64,000 nt of DNA from an uncultured Chloroflexia bacterium. Lineage in GTDB: Bacteria; Chloroflexota; Limnocylindria; Limnocylindrales; CSP1-4. The stretch's first letter is position 1. The number at the start of each line of letters is the position of its first letter. A program made the translations under genes and the position numbers. A model generated the notes under the pieces. That model made no database searches and was not told the DNA's origin. It worked only from the letters and a program-made list of their open reading frames with translations. Location of the stretch: the NCBI GenBank assembly GCA_963828165.1, contig CAWHDR010000001.1:1248001-1312000 (forward strand), in the 5' to 3' direction. Positions 18,533 through 31,953 of this stretch are shown here, piece after piece.

Positions 18533-21097
18533 TCACGTCCCGCTCGGACCGGCCTGACCTGGGCCGCCCGGTTCGGGGGCGCCATCGTCGCCGATGCCGT
18601 CGCGCTCCGCAAGTCCAGGCCGGAACGCCGCGATCGCCGCGACCTGGTCGCCTTCGGCCAGGCGCATGACGATCACGCCGCGGGCGCCGGGCGAATAGCG
18701 GTTGATCGTGTTCGTCTCGGTTCGGATGACCTGTCCGCCCTGCGAGATCAGGACCAGTTCCTCGTCATCCTCCGTCACCTGCTGGACGGCTGCGACGAGA
18801 CCGGTCTTGTTCCCCTCCAGGGCGATCAGACGGACGCCCTGCCCGCCGCGGTGCTTGCGCCGGAACTCCCCGATCCCGACCCGTTTGCCGTAGCCCGTCG
18901 CGGTGAGGACCAGCAGGTCGGCATCTGGCTCCACCACGCTCATGGCGACCACGGTGTCCCCCTCGCGCTTGAGGAGTCGGATGCCGATGACCCCGGCAGC
19001 GTCACGCCCCATCGGGCGCACTTCGTTCTCCTCGAACCGGGCGAGCATGCCCTGCGCGGTGGCGATGATGATGTCGTCCTGCCCGCCGGAGACGTCCACC
19101 CACGCGAGCTCGTCGTTCGGGTGGATCGTGATCGCCCGGATACCGGTCGCGCGGACCCGTTCGAACTGCTCGAGCGGGGTCTTCTTGATGTGGCCGCGGC
19201 GGGTCGCCATGACCAGGAACTTGCCGGGTTCGAAGTCCTTGAGGACGATGGTCGCGACCGGCACCTCGCCCGATTCCACTTGTACACCGGGCAGGTTGAT
19301 GATGGCCATGCCCTTGGCCTGGCGACTCGCATCCGGGATGGCATGGACCTTGGCGCTGAAGACGCGCCCGCGGTTCGTGAAGAACAGCGCCCAGTCGTGG
19401 GTATTCGCGACGAGCAGGTGCTCGACCGCGTCCTCCTCGCGGGTGACGTGCCCGATGATCCCCTTGCCGCCGCGGTGCTGGCGGCGGTAGGTGTCGACCG
19501 GCTGGCGCTTGATGTAGCCACGCCCGGAGATCGTGACGACCACGTCCTCGTCGGCGATGAGGTCCTCGTCCGTCATCTCGCGGCTCGCGTCGTCCGCGAC
19601 CTTCGTCCGCCGTTCGCCGGCGTACTTTCGCTTCAGCTCGACGAGCTCATCGCGGATGATGCCCATGACCCGGGCCGGGTTGCCGAGGATGTCCTCGAGC
19701 TCGGCAATGAGCTGGATGACCGAGAGGTACTCGTCCTCGATCTTCTTGCGCTCGAGCGCGGCCAGGCGCGCCAGCCGCATGTCGAGGATCGCCTGGGCCT
19801 GCAGCTCGGACAGGTCGAACCGCTTCATCAGGTTCGCCCGCGCGACATCGACGTCGGCCGACTCGCGGATGGTCTTGATGACCGCATCGAGGTGATCGAG
19901 GGCGATCTTGAGGCCCTCGAGGATGTGCGCCCGCGCCTGCGCCTTGCCCAGGTCGAATTCGGTTCGGCGGCGGATGATCTCGCGTCGGTGGTCGAGGTAG
20001 TGGACCAGCACGCTGCGCAGCGGCAGGGTCTGCGGCTGCCCGTCGACGAGCGCCAGCATGTTCATGTTGAAGGCGAGCTGCATCGGCGTGTGCTTGAACA
20101 GGTTGTTGAGGACCTTGTGCGGGTTGAAGTCCCGCTTGATCTCGATGTAGATGCGCATCCCGTCGCGATCGGACTCGTCGCGCAGGTCGCTGATGCCGTC
20201 GATCCGCTTTTCCTTGACCAGGTCGGCCATCTTTTCGAGCAGGGCCGCCTTGTTCACCTGGTACGGGAGCTCGTTGACGATGATGGCCGTGCGGTCGTCG
20301 CGGACTTCCTCGAACACGACCTGGGCGCGCATGACGACCCGGCCCCGGCCGTGGGCGTACATCTGGCGGATCGCGTCGACGGTCTCCCACTCCCCGGTGA
20401 GCGCGTTGCGCTGCTTCTCGAAGCGGAAGATCGTGCCGCCGGTCGGGAAGTCCGGCCCGGTCACGTGCTTGCAGAGGTCGTCCGACGTCAGCTCGGGATC
20501 GTCGATCAGCGCGACCGTGGCATCGACGATCTCCCCGAGGTGATGCGGCGGGATATTGGTCGCCATCCCGACGGCGATGCCCGAGCTGCCGTTGATGAGC
20601 AGGTTCGGGAGCTTGGCCGGCAGGACCTCGGGCTGCTTCTGGGTCCCGTCGTAGTTATCGACGAAGTCGACGGTCTCCTTGTCGATGTCGGCCAGCAGCT
20701 CGGCGGCGATCCCGGTAAGACGCGCCTCCGTGTAGCGCATGGCGGCCGCCTGGTCGCCGTCGACCGAACCGAAGTTGCCCTGGCCGTCGACCAGCGGGTA
20801 GCGCATCGAGAAGTCCTGGGCGAGACGCACCAGCGCGTCGTAGATGGACTGGTCACCGTGCGGGTGGTACTTGCCCATCACCTCGCCGACGATCGCGGCG
20901 CACTTGCGGAAGGAGCTCGTGGCGGACAGGCCCATCTCGCCCATCGAGTAGAGGACCCGTCGATGGACCGGCTTGAGCCCGTCGCGCACGTCCGGCAGGG
21001 CGCGGGCGACGATGACGCTCATCGCGTAGTCGAGGTACGAGACGCGCATCTCGTCCTCGATGCGAATGGCGCGGACGTCTCCCAGGTCGTCGGTCAC
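18533..21097 (-). CDS. gyrA: DNA gyrase subunit A
   Basis: [22 protein letters not shown] and the GyrA-box QHRGGKG. Confidence 0.98.
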   Translation of the reverse strand: MTDDLGDVRAIRIEDEMRVSYLDYAMSVIVARALPDVRDGLKPVHRRVLYSMGEMGLSATSSFRKCAAIVGEVMGKYHPHGDQSIYDALVRLAQDFSMRYPLVDGQGNFGSVDGDQAAAMRYTEARLTGIAAELLADIDKETVDFVDNYDGTQKQPEVLPAKLPNLLINGSSGIAVGMATNIPPHHLGEIVDATVALIDDPELTSDDLCKHVTGPDFPTGGTIFRFEKQRNALTGEWETVDAIRQMYAHGRGRVVMRAQVVFEEVRDDRTAIIVNELPYQVNKAALLEKMADLVKEKRIDGISDLRDESDRDGMRIYIEIKRDFNPHKVLNNLFKHTPMQLAFNMNMLALVDGQPQTLPLRSVLVHYLDHRREIIRRRTEFDLGKAQARAHILEGLKIALDHLDAVIKTIRESADVDVARANLMKRFDLSELQAQAILDMRLARLAALERKKIEDEYLSVIQLIAELEDILGNPARVMGIIRDELVELKRKYAGERRTKVADDASREMTDEDLIADEDVVVTISGRGYIKRQPVDTYRRQHRGGKGIIGHVTREEDAVEHLLVANTHDWALFFTNRGRVFSAKVHAIPDASRQAKGMAIINLPGVQVESGEVPVATIVLKDFEPGKFLVMATRRGHIKKTPLEQFERVRATGIRAITIHPNDELAWVDVSGGQDDIIIATAQGMLARFEENEVRPMGRDAAGVIGIRLLKREGDTVVAMSVVEPDADLLVLTATGYGKRVGIGEFRRKHRGGQGVRLIALEGNKTGLVAAVQQVTEDDEELVLISQGGQVIRTETNTINRYSPGARGVIVMRLAEGDQVAAIAAFRPGLAERDGIGDDGAPEPGGPGQAGPSGT

Positions 21098-21113
21098 GGT
21101 GTGCTACTCCTGC

Positions 21114-22088
21114 CTAGGTCAGCGGTGGTTCGGGGTGGTTGATGGGGTCAGGCAGCGCTCCGAAGCGGGCGGCGGTCGTGGCCGCCGCGGACGTCGATGG
21201 AGCACCGCTGCGCCGGTGGATCCCGGCGAGCCGCGCGCGCAGCTCGTCGGCGTCGCGAGGCGCGAGCTTCGTGAGGCTGTCACGAACGACCCACGCGCGG
21301 TGGCCGTCTGCCCCTTCTGCGGCGAGGTCGGCCTGGCGGTGAAGGGCGGCCGTCGTGGCTTCGCGGTCGCGCTGTGCAAGCGAGCGATACGCCCATGCGA
21401 GAGCCTTCTGGACGTCGGGCTCCGCGTCCCCCATCAACTGGTCGAGGAGCCCGAGCGCGGTCGGGACGAGATCCGGACTGCGGCCGGTTCGCCGGTTGCC
21501 GTGGGTCATCGTCGCGATCGTGGACGCGATCAATCGCCGCTCCCAGCGCGACGGGGAATACACGAGCTGTTCGAGCTCCGCCCAACGGTAGGACTCGGCG
21601 GCGATCCCGATACCGTAGGGGTGGGCGAGGTCGTCGACGGTGACCCAGTCGCCCGCCTCACGCGCCGCCCGTCTGAGGAGCTGCCAGGTGCGTTCCGGGT
21701 CGGCGGCGAGGGTTCGCTCGAGCAACCCGAAGGCGAACCAGCGTGCCTCGAGATGTGGCTCGCGGAACATCCGGTCCGCGATGAACAGCAGCTGGGTGGC
21801 CCGCTCGCCACGCGTCTCGTGCCGGAACCCGCGACTCACGGCGGCCAGGAGCGGCCGCCGCACGCCGTGGACCGGGCCGATCCCGGGGGCCACGGACTGC
21901 ACGCCCTCCTGGTACTCCGGGTCGGCGAGGCCCTCCAGCCCGCGGCGAAGCGCGATCGCGAACGCATCCGGGTCTCCAACGTGGTCCGCGAGGGAGCTGC
22001 CGAGCGCTTCCGCTGCCGGCTTGCGAGCGGACACGAAGGCGACCGCGCGCTGGGTGGTCGGGCTCGGGGAGGCCGTGGCGGTGCTCAC
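21114..22088 (-). CDS. DNA alkylation repair protein (AlkD-like HEAT-repeat)
   Basis: GVRRP, DWVTVDDLA, SPSRWERR and DVQKALAW motifs typical of the AlkD-like family. Confidence 0.8.
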   Translation of the reverse strand: MSTATASPSPTTQRAVAFVSARKPAAEALGSSLADHVGDPDAFAIALRRGLEGLADPEYQEGVQSVAPGIGPVHGVRRPLLAAVSRGFRHETRGERATQLLFIADRMFREPHLEARWFAFGLLERTLAADPERTWQLLRRAAREAGDWVTVDDLAHPYGIGIAAESYRWAELEQLVYSPSRWERRLIASTIATMTHGNRRTGRSPDLVPTALGLLDQLMGDAEPDVQKALAWAYRSLAQRDREATTAALHRQADLAAEGADGHRAWVVRDSLTKLAPRDADELRARLAGIHRRSGAPSTSAAATTAARFGALPDPINHPEPPLT

Positions 22089-22579
22089 GGGGGCGTCCCG
22101 GCCGGGATCGTGCCGGAAAGTGGAACGTACCCGTAGCGCTGCCGAAGCTCGTGCTTGCGGGCCTCGTCGGCGGCGACGTAGACACCCGTGGCCGTGGCGA
22201 AGACGCCATCCGTGCGTGGGTCGACGATGTGGGCGGCCGTGTCAACCAGCCGACGGCGGGATCTGGTAATCCACCCCTCCGCGCGAATCGCCTCGCCGAT
22301 CGCCACGGGCTTCTTGAATTCGACGCTGATCCGGGCCGTGAGGCCCCAGTTGTCCTCCCCGACCAGCGACCAGGCCATCACCTCGTCGAGGATCGTGCAC
22401 AGGATCCCGCCGTGGGCGATGCCGTCCCAACCCTCGAAGCGTCGCTCGAGCGTGAGCTCCGTCCAGCAGCGCCGAGGCTCGACGTGGAGCGCGAGGCCCA
22501 TGCCGCTCGTGTTCAGGGAGCCGCAGGCGAAGCAGTGGTGCGGGGCGACCTCGAAGCGCGGGACCCCAGGCACGTCCAC
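22085..22579 (-). CDS. PaaI family (hot-dog fold) thioesterase
   Basis: HHCFACG..N..G, FEGWDGIAHGGILCTILDE and TARISVEFKKPV. Start placed after the gyrB stop. Confidence 0.88.
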   Translation of the reverse strand: MDVPGVPRFEVAPHHCFACGSLNTSGMGLALHVEPRRCWTELTLERRFEGWDGIAHGGILCTILDEVMAWSLVGEDNWGLTARISVEFKKPVAIGEAIRAEGWITRSRRRLVDTAAHIVDPRTDGVFATATGVYVAADEARKHELRQRYGYVPLSGTIPAGTPP

Positions 22580-22595
22580 GACGCGCGCCCCGGCT

Positions 22596-25419
<2,824 letters not shown>

Positions 25420-25423
<4 letters not shown>

Positions 25424-26247
25424 GACATCACCATGCTTGCGGTGCGGACCTCGGTCTCCGGGGGCGCCGCCGCCGGCAGCCCCCGACCCGAACGAGCGCG
25501 GAATTCCCGTGCGAGCTCTGCGTACGCCGCCGCGCCGCGCGACTCCGGTGCGTACTGACTGATCGGCAGGCCGTGGCTAGGTGCCTCGGACAGCCGAACG
25601 CTGCGGGGGATGATCGTTTCGTAGACGGAGTCTCCCAGGTGCCGCCGCGCCTCCGCGGCTACGTCGGCGGACAGGTTCGTCCGGGCGTCGTACATCGTCA
25701 GCACCACACCGTCGAGCTTCAGGTGCGGGTTCAGGTGGTCTCGGACGAGATCGATGGTGGCTAGCAACTGGGTCAGGCCCTCGAGTGCGTAGTACTCGCA
25801 TTGGAGCGGGATCATCACCGCATCGGCGGCTGTCAGGGCGTTCACGGTCAGGAGCCCGAGCGACGGCGGGCAATCGATGAAGATGACGTCGTATTCGTGC
25901 GCCAGAGGCTCCAGGAGGCGCCGCAGGCGACGCTCGCGCGCCATCACGCCGGCGAGCTCCAGTTCGGCCCCCGCGAGGGCGATGGTGGACGGGACCACGT
26001 CGACGCCGTGGGCGGCTCCCTGAACCAGGAGCTGTTCGAGCGGGACGTCGTCGACGATGGCGTCGTAAACGGAATGCACGACCGTCGAGCGGTCGACCCC
26101 GAGTCCGCTGGTGCCATTGCCCTGTGGGTCGAGATCGATCACCAGGACGCGGTCACCAAGGAGCGCGAGGTAGCTCGCTAGGTTCACCACCGTCGTGGTC
26201 TTGCCGACGCCGCCTTTCTGATTTGCGCAGGCGATCGTCTGGCCCAC
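25420..26247 (-). CDS. parA: Chromosome partitioning ATPase ParA/Soj
   Basis: NQKGGVGKTT, DLDPQGN, DCPPSLG, QCEYYALEG and EAPSHG. Confidence 0.97.
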
Positions 26248-26372
26248 TCAGTGGCCTGCCCGGGGCGATCTCACGAGAACGAATTCTACCATTGTTGGCC
26301 GAACGACCTCCGGTCCGGGGCGGGCGATCAGGTTCGCACGACGTCCGTAGCTGTGCCTTACCGAGCCCTCGT

Positions 26373-26388
26373 TGTTTCACGTGAAACG
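26373..26388. promoter_or_regulatory. parS centromere-like site
   Basis: TGTTTCACGTGAAACG matches 15/16 of the consensus TGTTTCACGTGAAACA and lies about 125 bp upstream of parA. Confidence 0.92.
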
Positions 26389-26559
26389 GTGCATGGGACG
26401 GCTGGCTCGACGGGCCGGGGGACCATCGAACCGTTGCCCGAAGCACCGGTCCGTGGGATACTCCGCCGAGACGTCGCCGCCGATCCGGTCGTTCAGAGAG
26501 CAGTACCGGGCAGGCGGGCGCAACCTTCTGGCCGATTCGCCCGAGGAACACGACCGTCC

Positions 26560-27060
26560 ATGACCCTGCTACTCGCTGCGGTCGGCGCGGTGGTGACGGC
26601 CCTGATCGAATTGTCCGTCGTTCCATACCTCCGCATCGGAGATGCGCAGCCACATCCCGTGCTCGTCCTGGGCGTGATCCTTGCGATCGCCGTCGGTGTC
26701 GAAGCCGGGCTGGTCTGGGCCTTCGTGGGGGGCCTCGCTCTTGATGTCTTGGCACAACGACCACTTGGCTCGACCGCGTTCGCGCTCCTGGTGTGTATCG
26801 GTGGCGCGTCGGTCCTGGCGCGCTCTTTCGCTCGATTGCGCCCGATCGTCCCGATCGGTGCCGTGTTCGTCCTCAGTCTCGGGTACTCGATGATCTTGTT
26901 CGTCACCTTCGGTGCGCTCGGCACGCCGCTTCCCATCGCCGATCCCTTCGGGACCGTGCTTCCCAGTGCCGTGTACGACGCCGTGCTCGCCGCGATCGTC
27001 GGACCATTGACGATCGCGGTGCATGATCGGCGGATGGAACAGGAACGGGTCGACTGGTGA
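26560..27060 (+). CDS. mreD: Rod shape-determining protein MreD
   Basis: 166-aa hydrophobic protein with P..VLV and G...AFVGGL.LD.L...PLG motifs, directly upstream of PBP2. Confidence 0.88.
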   Translation: MTLLLAAVGAVVTALIELSVVPYLRIGDAQPHPVLVLGVILAIAVGVEAGLVWAFVGGLALDVLAQRPLGSTAFALLVCIGGASVLARSFARLRPIVPIGAVFVLSLGYSMILFVTFGALGTPLPIADPFGTVLPSAVYDAVLAAIVGPLTIAVHDRRMEQERVDW

Positions 27061-28955
27061 ACACGTACCTCGACCGCAGCACGGTCCCGGACCGCCGCTT
27101 CTCCCGGTTCATCGTGTTCGGTCTCGTGGTCGTGCTCGCGGTGGGCGCGTTGACCGCCCGGCTCTTCTACCTCCAGATCGCGAACGGCTCCGAATATGCG
27201 GCGATCTCCACCCGCCAACGCACGGTCCTCGAGCCGATCCCTGCGCCCAGGGGGTTGATCTACGACCGCAACGGGCGTCTGCTCGTGGACAACGTCCCGA
27301 CGTTCGCGGTGAAGGTCCGCCCGGCCGACCTCCCGAACACCCAGCGTGACGACGTCGTGGCTCGACTCGCCGCCCTGCTCGGAACGGACGCCTCCGAGAT
27401 CCACGGCGCCATCGACGGGAACCCTGGATCGGCGTTCGATCTCGTGCGCGTGGCCCAGGACGTCGATCAGTCGACCGCACAGCTGATCTCGGAAGCCGGC
27501 TACCAGTTGCCTGGCGTCGAGGTCGTCGTCGAGGCGCGCCGCCAGTACACCGACGGTCCCCTGACGTCGCATCTGCTGGGATACACGGGACCCGTGTCAG
27601 CCGAGCAGCTGCCCGACCTTCGCGAGAAGGGCTACCAGCCCGACGATCTGCTCGGAAAGGTTGGTCTCGAGGCCCAGTACGAGACAGAGCTCCGCGGCAC
27701 GTACGGCTCCGAGAGCGTGGCCCGCGACGCGACCGGCCGTCGAACGCAGACCCTCCAGACGGTCCAGGACGCCGAGCCGGGCGCGTCCCTCACGCTGACG
27801 ATCGACACGAAGGCGCAGCGGAACGCCGAGAAGGCCCTGAAATGGGCGATGAAGAAGATCGGGATGACACGGGGCGTCGTGATCGCGATGAACCCCCAGA
27901 CCGGCGAGATCCTCGCGATGGTGAGCCTGCCGACCTACGACAACAATCGGTTCGCACGGGGAATCAGCACGACCGATTACGCGAAGTTGCTCAAGGACAA
28001 GGACAAGCCGCTGCTCAACCACGCGATCCAGGCGCATTACGCACCGGGCTCCACGTACAAGCTCGTGGCCGGCACCGGCGCCCTGGCCGATCGCAAGATC
28101 AGCGACTCGACACGGGTCATGACCCGTCCCTATCTGACCCTCGGGGACACGAAGTTCTACGAGTGGAACCGGCGCGGCTGGGGAGCCTGCACCATCTATT
28201 GCGGTTTCGGACACTCGAGCGACACCTTCTTCTACCAGCTCGCCGGCATGCTCGGGATCGATCGGCTCGGTTACTGGGCCAAGCAGTACGGCTTCGGGGA
28301 GCCGACCGGCGTCGACCTTCCGAGCGAGGTCGCCGGCATCGTCCCGACCAACGCCTGGAAGCAGGACGCGCTCGGCGCCGAGATCTTTCCCGGCGAGACG
28401 TACCAGGCCGGCATCGGCCAGGGCTACGACGCGGTGACGCCGCTGCAACTCATCAATGCCTACGCGGCGCTCGCCAACGGCGGAACGCTCTACCAGCCGC
28501 AGATCGTGCGCGAGATCATCGGGCCAGACGGCGAGATCGTCCGCCCGTTCGAACCGAAGGTCATCCACAAGCTGAAGGTCAAGCCGAGCGTGCTCCGGAT
28601 CATGCGCAACGCCGCCCGCGAGACCGTGACGCTGCGTCACACCTACAACCTCGTGGATCTCCCGATCAAGGTAGCCGGCAAGTCCGGGACCGCCGAGTTC
28701 GGCACCCCCGACTCGAGGGGCCGCCTGCCGTACTCCTCGTTCTTCGTGGGCTTCACCCCGAAGAACGCGCGAACGGGATCGTTCGACAAACACGATTCAG
28801 AGCTCGTCGTCATGGCCTTCGCCCACGATTCGCGAACCGTCGGCAACGCGGCGACCGAGATCGTCAAGTACTTCCTCCAGCTGCATTACGGGATCAAGAA
28901 GGACTACCGCATGCCCGAGCTCCTGGAGCGCGGCAACTTCTACCAGAACGACTGA
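27057..28955 (+). CDS. mrdA: Penicillin-binding protein 2
   Basis: RG.IYDRNG, GK.GLE..YE..LRG, PGSTYK (SxxK), SSDTFFY and AGKSGTAE. Confidence 0.95.
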   Translation: MNTYLDRSTVPDRRFSRFIVFGLVVVLAVGALTARLFYLQIANGSEYAAISTRQRTVLEPIPAPRGLIYDRNGRLLVDNVPTFAVKVRPADLPNTQRDDVVARLAALLGTDASEIHGAIDGNPGSAFDLVRVAQDVDQSTAQLISEAGYQLPGVEVVVEARRQYTDGPLTSHLLGYTGPVSAEQLPDLREKGYQPDDLLGKVGLEAQYETELRGTYGSESVARDATGRRTQTLQTVQDAEPGASLTLTIDTKAQRNAEKALKWAMKKIGMTRGVVIAMNPQTGEILAMVSLPTYDNNRFARGISTTDYAKLLKDKDKPLLNHAIQAHYAPGSTYKLVAGTGALADRKISDSTRVMTRPYLTLGDTKFYEWNRRGWGACTIYCGFGHSSDTFFYQLAGMLGIDRLGYWAKQYGFGEPTGVDLPSEVAGIVPTNAWKQDALGAEIFPGETYQAGIGQGYDAVTPLQLINAYAALANGGTLYQPQIVREIIGPDGEIVRPFEPKVIHKLKVKPSVLRIMRNAARETVTLRHTYNLVDLPIKVAGKSGTAEFGTPDSRGRLPYSSFFVGFTPKNARTGSFDKHDSELVVMAFAHDSRTVGNAATEIVKYFLQLHYGIKKDYRMPELLERGNFYQND

Positions 28956-30115
28956 TGGGCGTCATCCGAGCCGAGCCGGTCCGCGTCACCGATTGGGCGG
29001 CCAAATCGGTCGGGGCCGCGTGGCGGGCGTTCGACCTCCAGCTGGCCACCTTCGCCGGCCTCCTGGCCGCTGTCGGGCTCGTGATGGCCTACACCAACAG
29101 TGTCGAAAACGGCGTCAGCCCCCTCGACGCGGGGACGACGTTCACGCGTGGCCTCATGTGGGCGGGGATCGCGGCCGTCGCGTTCATCCTCGCCACCGCG
29201 TTCGACTACCGCTGGTTCAAGACCCTGTCATGGCCGGTCTACGCGCTGCAGCTGGGTTTGCTGGTGCTCACGCTGGCGATCGGCGACGGGGTCGGCGGGT
29301 CGGCCCGCTGGATCACCTTCGGTCCGTTCACGTTCCAGTTCAGCGAGCTCGCCAAGATCCTGATGATCATCGTGCTCGCCCAATACCTGGCCAGTCGCCA
29401 GGCCAAGCTGGATTCCCTTCGGGCCATCCTGGGTGCCTGTGTGCTCGTGGGACCGCCGCTGGCGCTGGTCATGCTCCAGCCGGACCTCGGTACCTCCCTG
29501 GTCTTCGCGGGGATCCTCGCCGGCATGCTCTGGATGTCGGGTGCGAGCCTCATGTGGCTGGGTGCGCTAGCCGCAGGCGTCGTCGCGATGGTCCCGATCG
29601 CGTGGAACTACCTCCTGCGCGACTATCAAAAGGAACGCCTGTCGTCGTTCCTGAACCCGACGCCGGACATCACCGGCTCCGGCTATCAGCTCTATCAGTC
29701 GCAGATCGCCGTCGGATCGGGCGGGATGTTCGGGCGTGGCCTCACGAACGGCACCCAGGCACAGGGCGACTTCCTTCCCGTGCAGACCACGGACTTCGTG
29801 TTCTCCGTGCTCGCCGAGGAACTTGGCTTCGTCGGCGGTCTGGTGCTGTTCGTGTTGTTCGCGCTGCTGCTGTGGCGGGTGCTGATGGCCGGCTGGCGCT
29901 CCCGCGACCCGTTCGGGACGCTGTTCGCGGCTGGGTTCGCCTCGATGATCCTCTTTCAGCTGGTCGTGAACGCCGGCATGGTGATGGGGGTCATGCCCAT
30001 CACCGGGATCCCGCTCCCCTTCGTCACGCACGGCGGCGCATCGCTCGTGAGCATCGCGATCGGTCTCGGCATCCTGCAGAGCATCAACATCCGCCAGACG
30101 CGCGCAGAGTGGTGA
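28955..30115 (+). CDS. rodA: SEDS family protein RodA
   Basis: RWI, FQFSELAK, QPDLGT, GYQ..QS.IAVGSGG, TDF.F...AEE.G and PITGIPLPF. TGATG coupling to mrdA. Confidence 0.94.
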   Translation: MGVIRAEPVRVTDWAAKSVGAAWRAFDLQLATFAGLLAAVGLVMAYTNSVENGVSPLDAGTTFTRGLMWAGIAAVAFILATAFDYRWFKTLSWPVYALQLGLLVLTLAIGDGVGGSARWITFGPFTFQFSELAKILMIIVLAQYLASRQAKLDSLRAILGACVLVGPPLALVMLQPDLGTSLVFAGILAGMLWMSGASLMWLGALAAGVVAMVPIAWNYLLRDYQKERLSSFLNPTPDITGSGYQLYQSQIAVGSGGMFGRGLTNGTQAQGDFLPVQTTDFVFSVLAEELGFVGGLVLFVLFALLLWRVLMAGWRSRDPFGTLFAAGFASMILFQLVVNAGMVMGVMPITGIPLPFVTHGGASLVSIAIGLGILQSINIRQTRAEW

Positions 30116-30158
30116 CCCCGCGCGTGGTCCGGTCCCACGGGGCGATTCGCCCGGCCAG

Positions 30159-30677
30159 GTGGTCGAGCGTCGCGTGAGTGACGCCACGCGCCAGGCGCGA
30201 CAAACCCCAGTCTCCGTCTGCGCCAATCTCCTGCCCATCGAGCCGTTGCTCGTCGAACAGGACGCCGATCCTCTGTCGATCGTGAGGACCGCAGCAGCGC
30301 GACCAGAGACGCGACTCATCGGAGTCGTCGATTCGAGTGGCGTTCTGGTTGGGGTCATTCCCACGCTTCGGCTCGCCGAGACGGTCGTTGCCCGTGTCTC
30401 TCCGGAGACCCTCCTGGCCGGACTCGCCGACCTCGACGAGGCGGCTCGGTTCGGGCTCGAGGTCGGCGCACGACGTGTAGCCGACGTCATGCTGCCGCCA
30501 GCCTCGATCAAGGGAACGGCGACGGTCGATGAGGCCTTCCGCCTCATGCACGCAAGGCATCTCTCGGGCCTGTACGTCGTGGACGACGACGGTCGACCGA
30601 CCGCGTATCTCGATCTCCTCGAAGTGAGCATCCGCTACCTCGAGGCCCTCGAAATCAGCCCACCCGAAGCAGACTGA
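30159..30677 (+). CDS. CBS domain-containing protein
   Basis: VVDSSGVLVGVI and VADVM....EAFRLM...HLSGLYVVDDDG form a tandem CBS pattern. Confidence 0.85.
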   Translation: MVERRVSDATRQARQTPVSVCANLLPIEPLLVEQDADPLSIVRTAAARPETRLIGVVDSSGVLVGVIPTLRLAETVVARVSPETLLAGLADLDEAARFGLEVGARRVADVMLPPASIKGTATVDEAFRLMHARHLSGLYVVDDDGRPTAYLDLLEVSIRYLEALEISPPEAD

Positions 30678-30687
30678 GGCCGATCGG

Positions 30688-31953
30688 TTGGAGGTCGCGC
30701 TCGCCGGCGTCATCTTTCTCGTCACGTACGCACTCATCGCGACGGACCGCGTCGACAAGACCGTGGCCGCCCTGCTCGGTGGTTCGCTCGTCGTCATCCT
30801 CGGGATCGTCGACCAGGAAGAAGCGTTCGCCGCGATCGACCTCAACGTCATCTTCCTGCTGGCCGGGATGATGATCCTCGCGGGGATCCTTCGACAGACG
30901 GGCTTCTTCCAGTGGGTGGCGATCCGCTCGGTCAAGTGGGCTCGAGGCGAGCCATATCGCCTGCTGCTGATCCTGAGCGTGGTCACCGCGATCCTGTCGG
31001 CCTTCCTCGACAATGTCACGACGGTCGTCCTGCTGGCGCCGGTCACGCTCTACATCGCCAACGTCCTGCGAGTATCCCCGCTGCCGTTCCTGATCAGCGA
31101 GGTCCTGGCCTCGAATATCGGTGGTGCCGCGACACTGATCGGCGATCCCCCCAACATCCTCATCGGCTCGGCCGCAGACCTCGGGTTCGACGACTTCCTG
31201 ATCAACATGGCACCGGCGGCCGCGCTGGTGTTCGCTGCGTTCGTAGCCATGACGTACTGGTTCTTCGGACGCGATCTCTATGTCGATCCCGCGACCCGTG
31301 ACAGCGTCCTGGCTCTCGATGAACGGGAGGTCCTGACCGACCCGGGTCTGCTGCGCCTGAGCCTCGGGGTCATCGGTGCCACGGTCATCGGATTCCTGCT
31401 GGCCAAGCCGCTCGGCCTGGAGCCAGGCGCGATCGCCTTGCTCGGCGCAGCGGCCCTGCTGCTGCTCGCGCGGTCGGACGTCGAGGAGGTGCTCCACGAG
31501 GTCGAGTGGGCAACGCTCTTCTTCTTCGTCGGGCTGTTCATGCTCGTCGAGGCTGTCGTGCATGTGGGCATCGTCGGTGCGGTCGCGGACGGCCTCTTCG
31601 ATGCGACGGGTGGGGATGCAGCCGTCACGACCCTCGCTCTCGTCTGGCTGAGCGGCATCGCTTCGGCGATCATCGACAACATCCCGTACACGGCCGCGAT
31701 GATCCCGGTCGTCCAGGATCTCGGCGCAGCAGGCATCCCGATCGAACCACTTTGGTGGGCCCTCGCTCTGGGAGCCTGCTTCGGCGGGAACGCCACGATC
31801 ATCGGAGCCTCCGCCAATGTGGTCGTCGCGAACCTTGCCGGACGGGCAGATCACCCGATCACATTCCGCGCATTCCTTCGCTATGGCATCCCGGTCACGT
31901 TCGTCTCGCTCCTGATCTCGACGGGGTATGTGTTCGTGCGCTACCTGGCCTGA
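30688..31953 (+). CDS. ArsB/NhaD (SLC13-like) ion transporter
   Basis: SAFLDNVTT, SNIGGAAT.IGDPPNI.I, SAIIDNIP and GGNAT.IGASAN. Confidence 0.9.
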   Translation: MEVALAGVIFLVTYALIATDRVDKTVAALLGGSLVVILGIVDQEEAFAAIDLNVIFLLAGMMILAGILRQTGFFQWVAIRSVKWARGEPYRLLLILSVVTAILSAFLDNVTTVVLLAPVTLYIANVLRVSPLPFLISEVLASNIGGAATLIGDPPNILIGSAADLGFDDFLINMAPAAALVFAAFVAMTYWFFGRDLYVDPATRDSVLALDEREVLTDPGLLRLSLGVIGATVIGFLLAKPLGLEPGAIALLGAAALLLLARSDVEEVLHEVEWATLFFFVGLFMLVEAVVHVGIVGAVADGLFDATGGDAAVTTLALVWLSGIASAIIDNIPYTAAMIPVVQDLGAAGIPIEPLWWALALGACFGGNATIIGASANVVVANLAGRADHPITFRAFLRYGIPVTFVSLLISTGYVFVRYLA

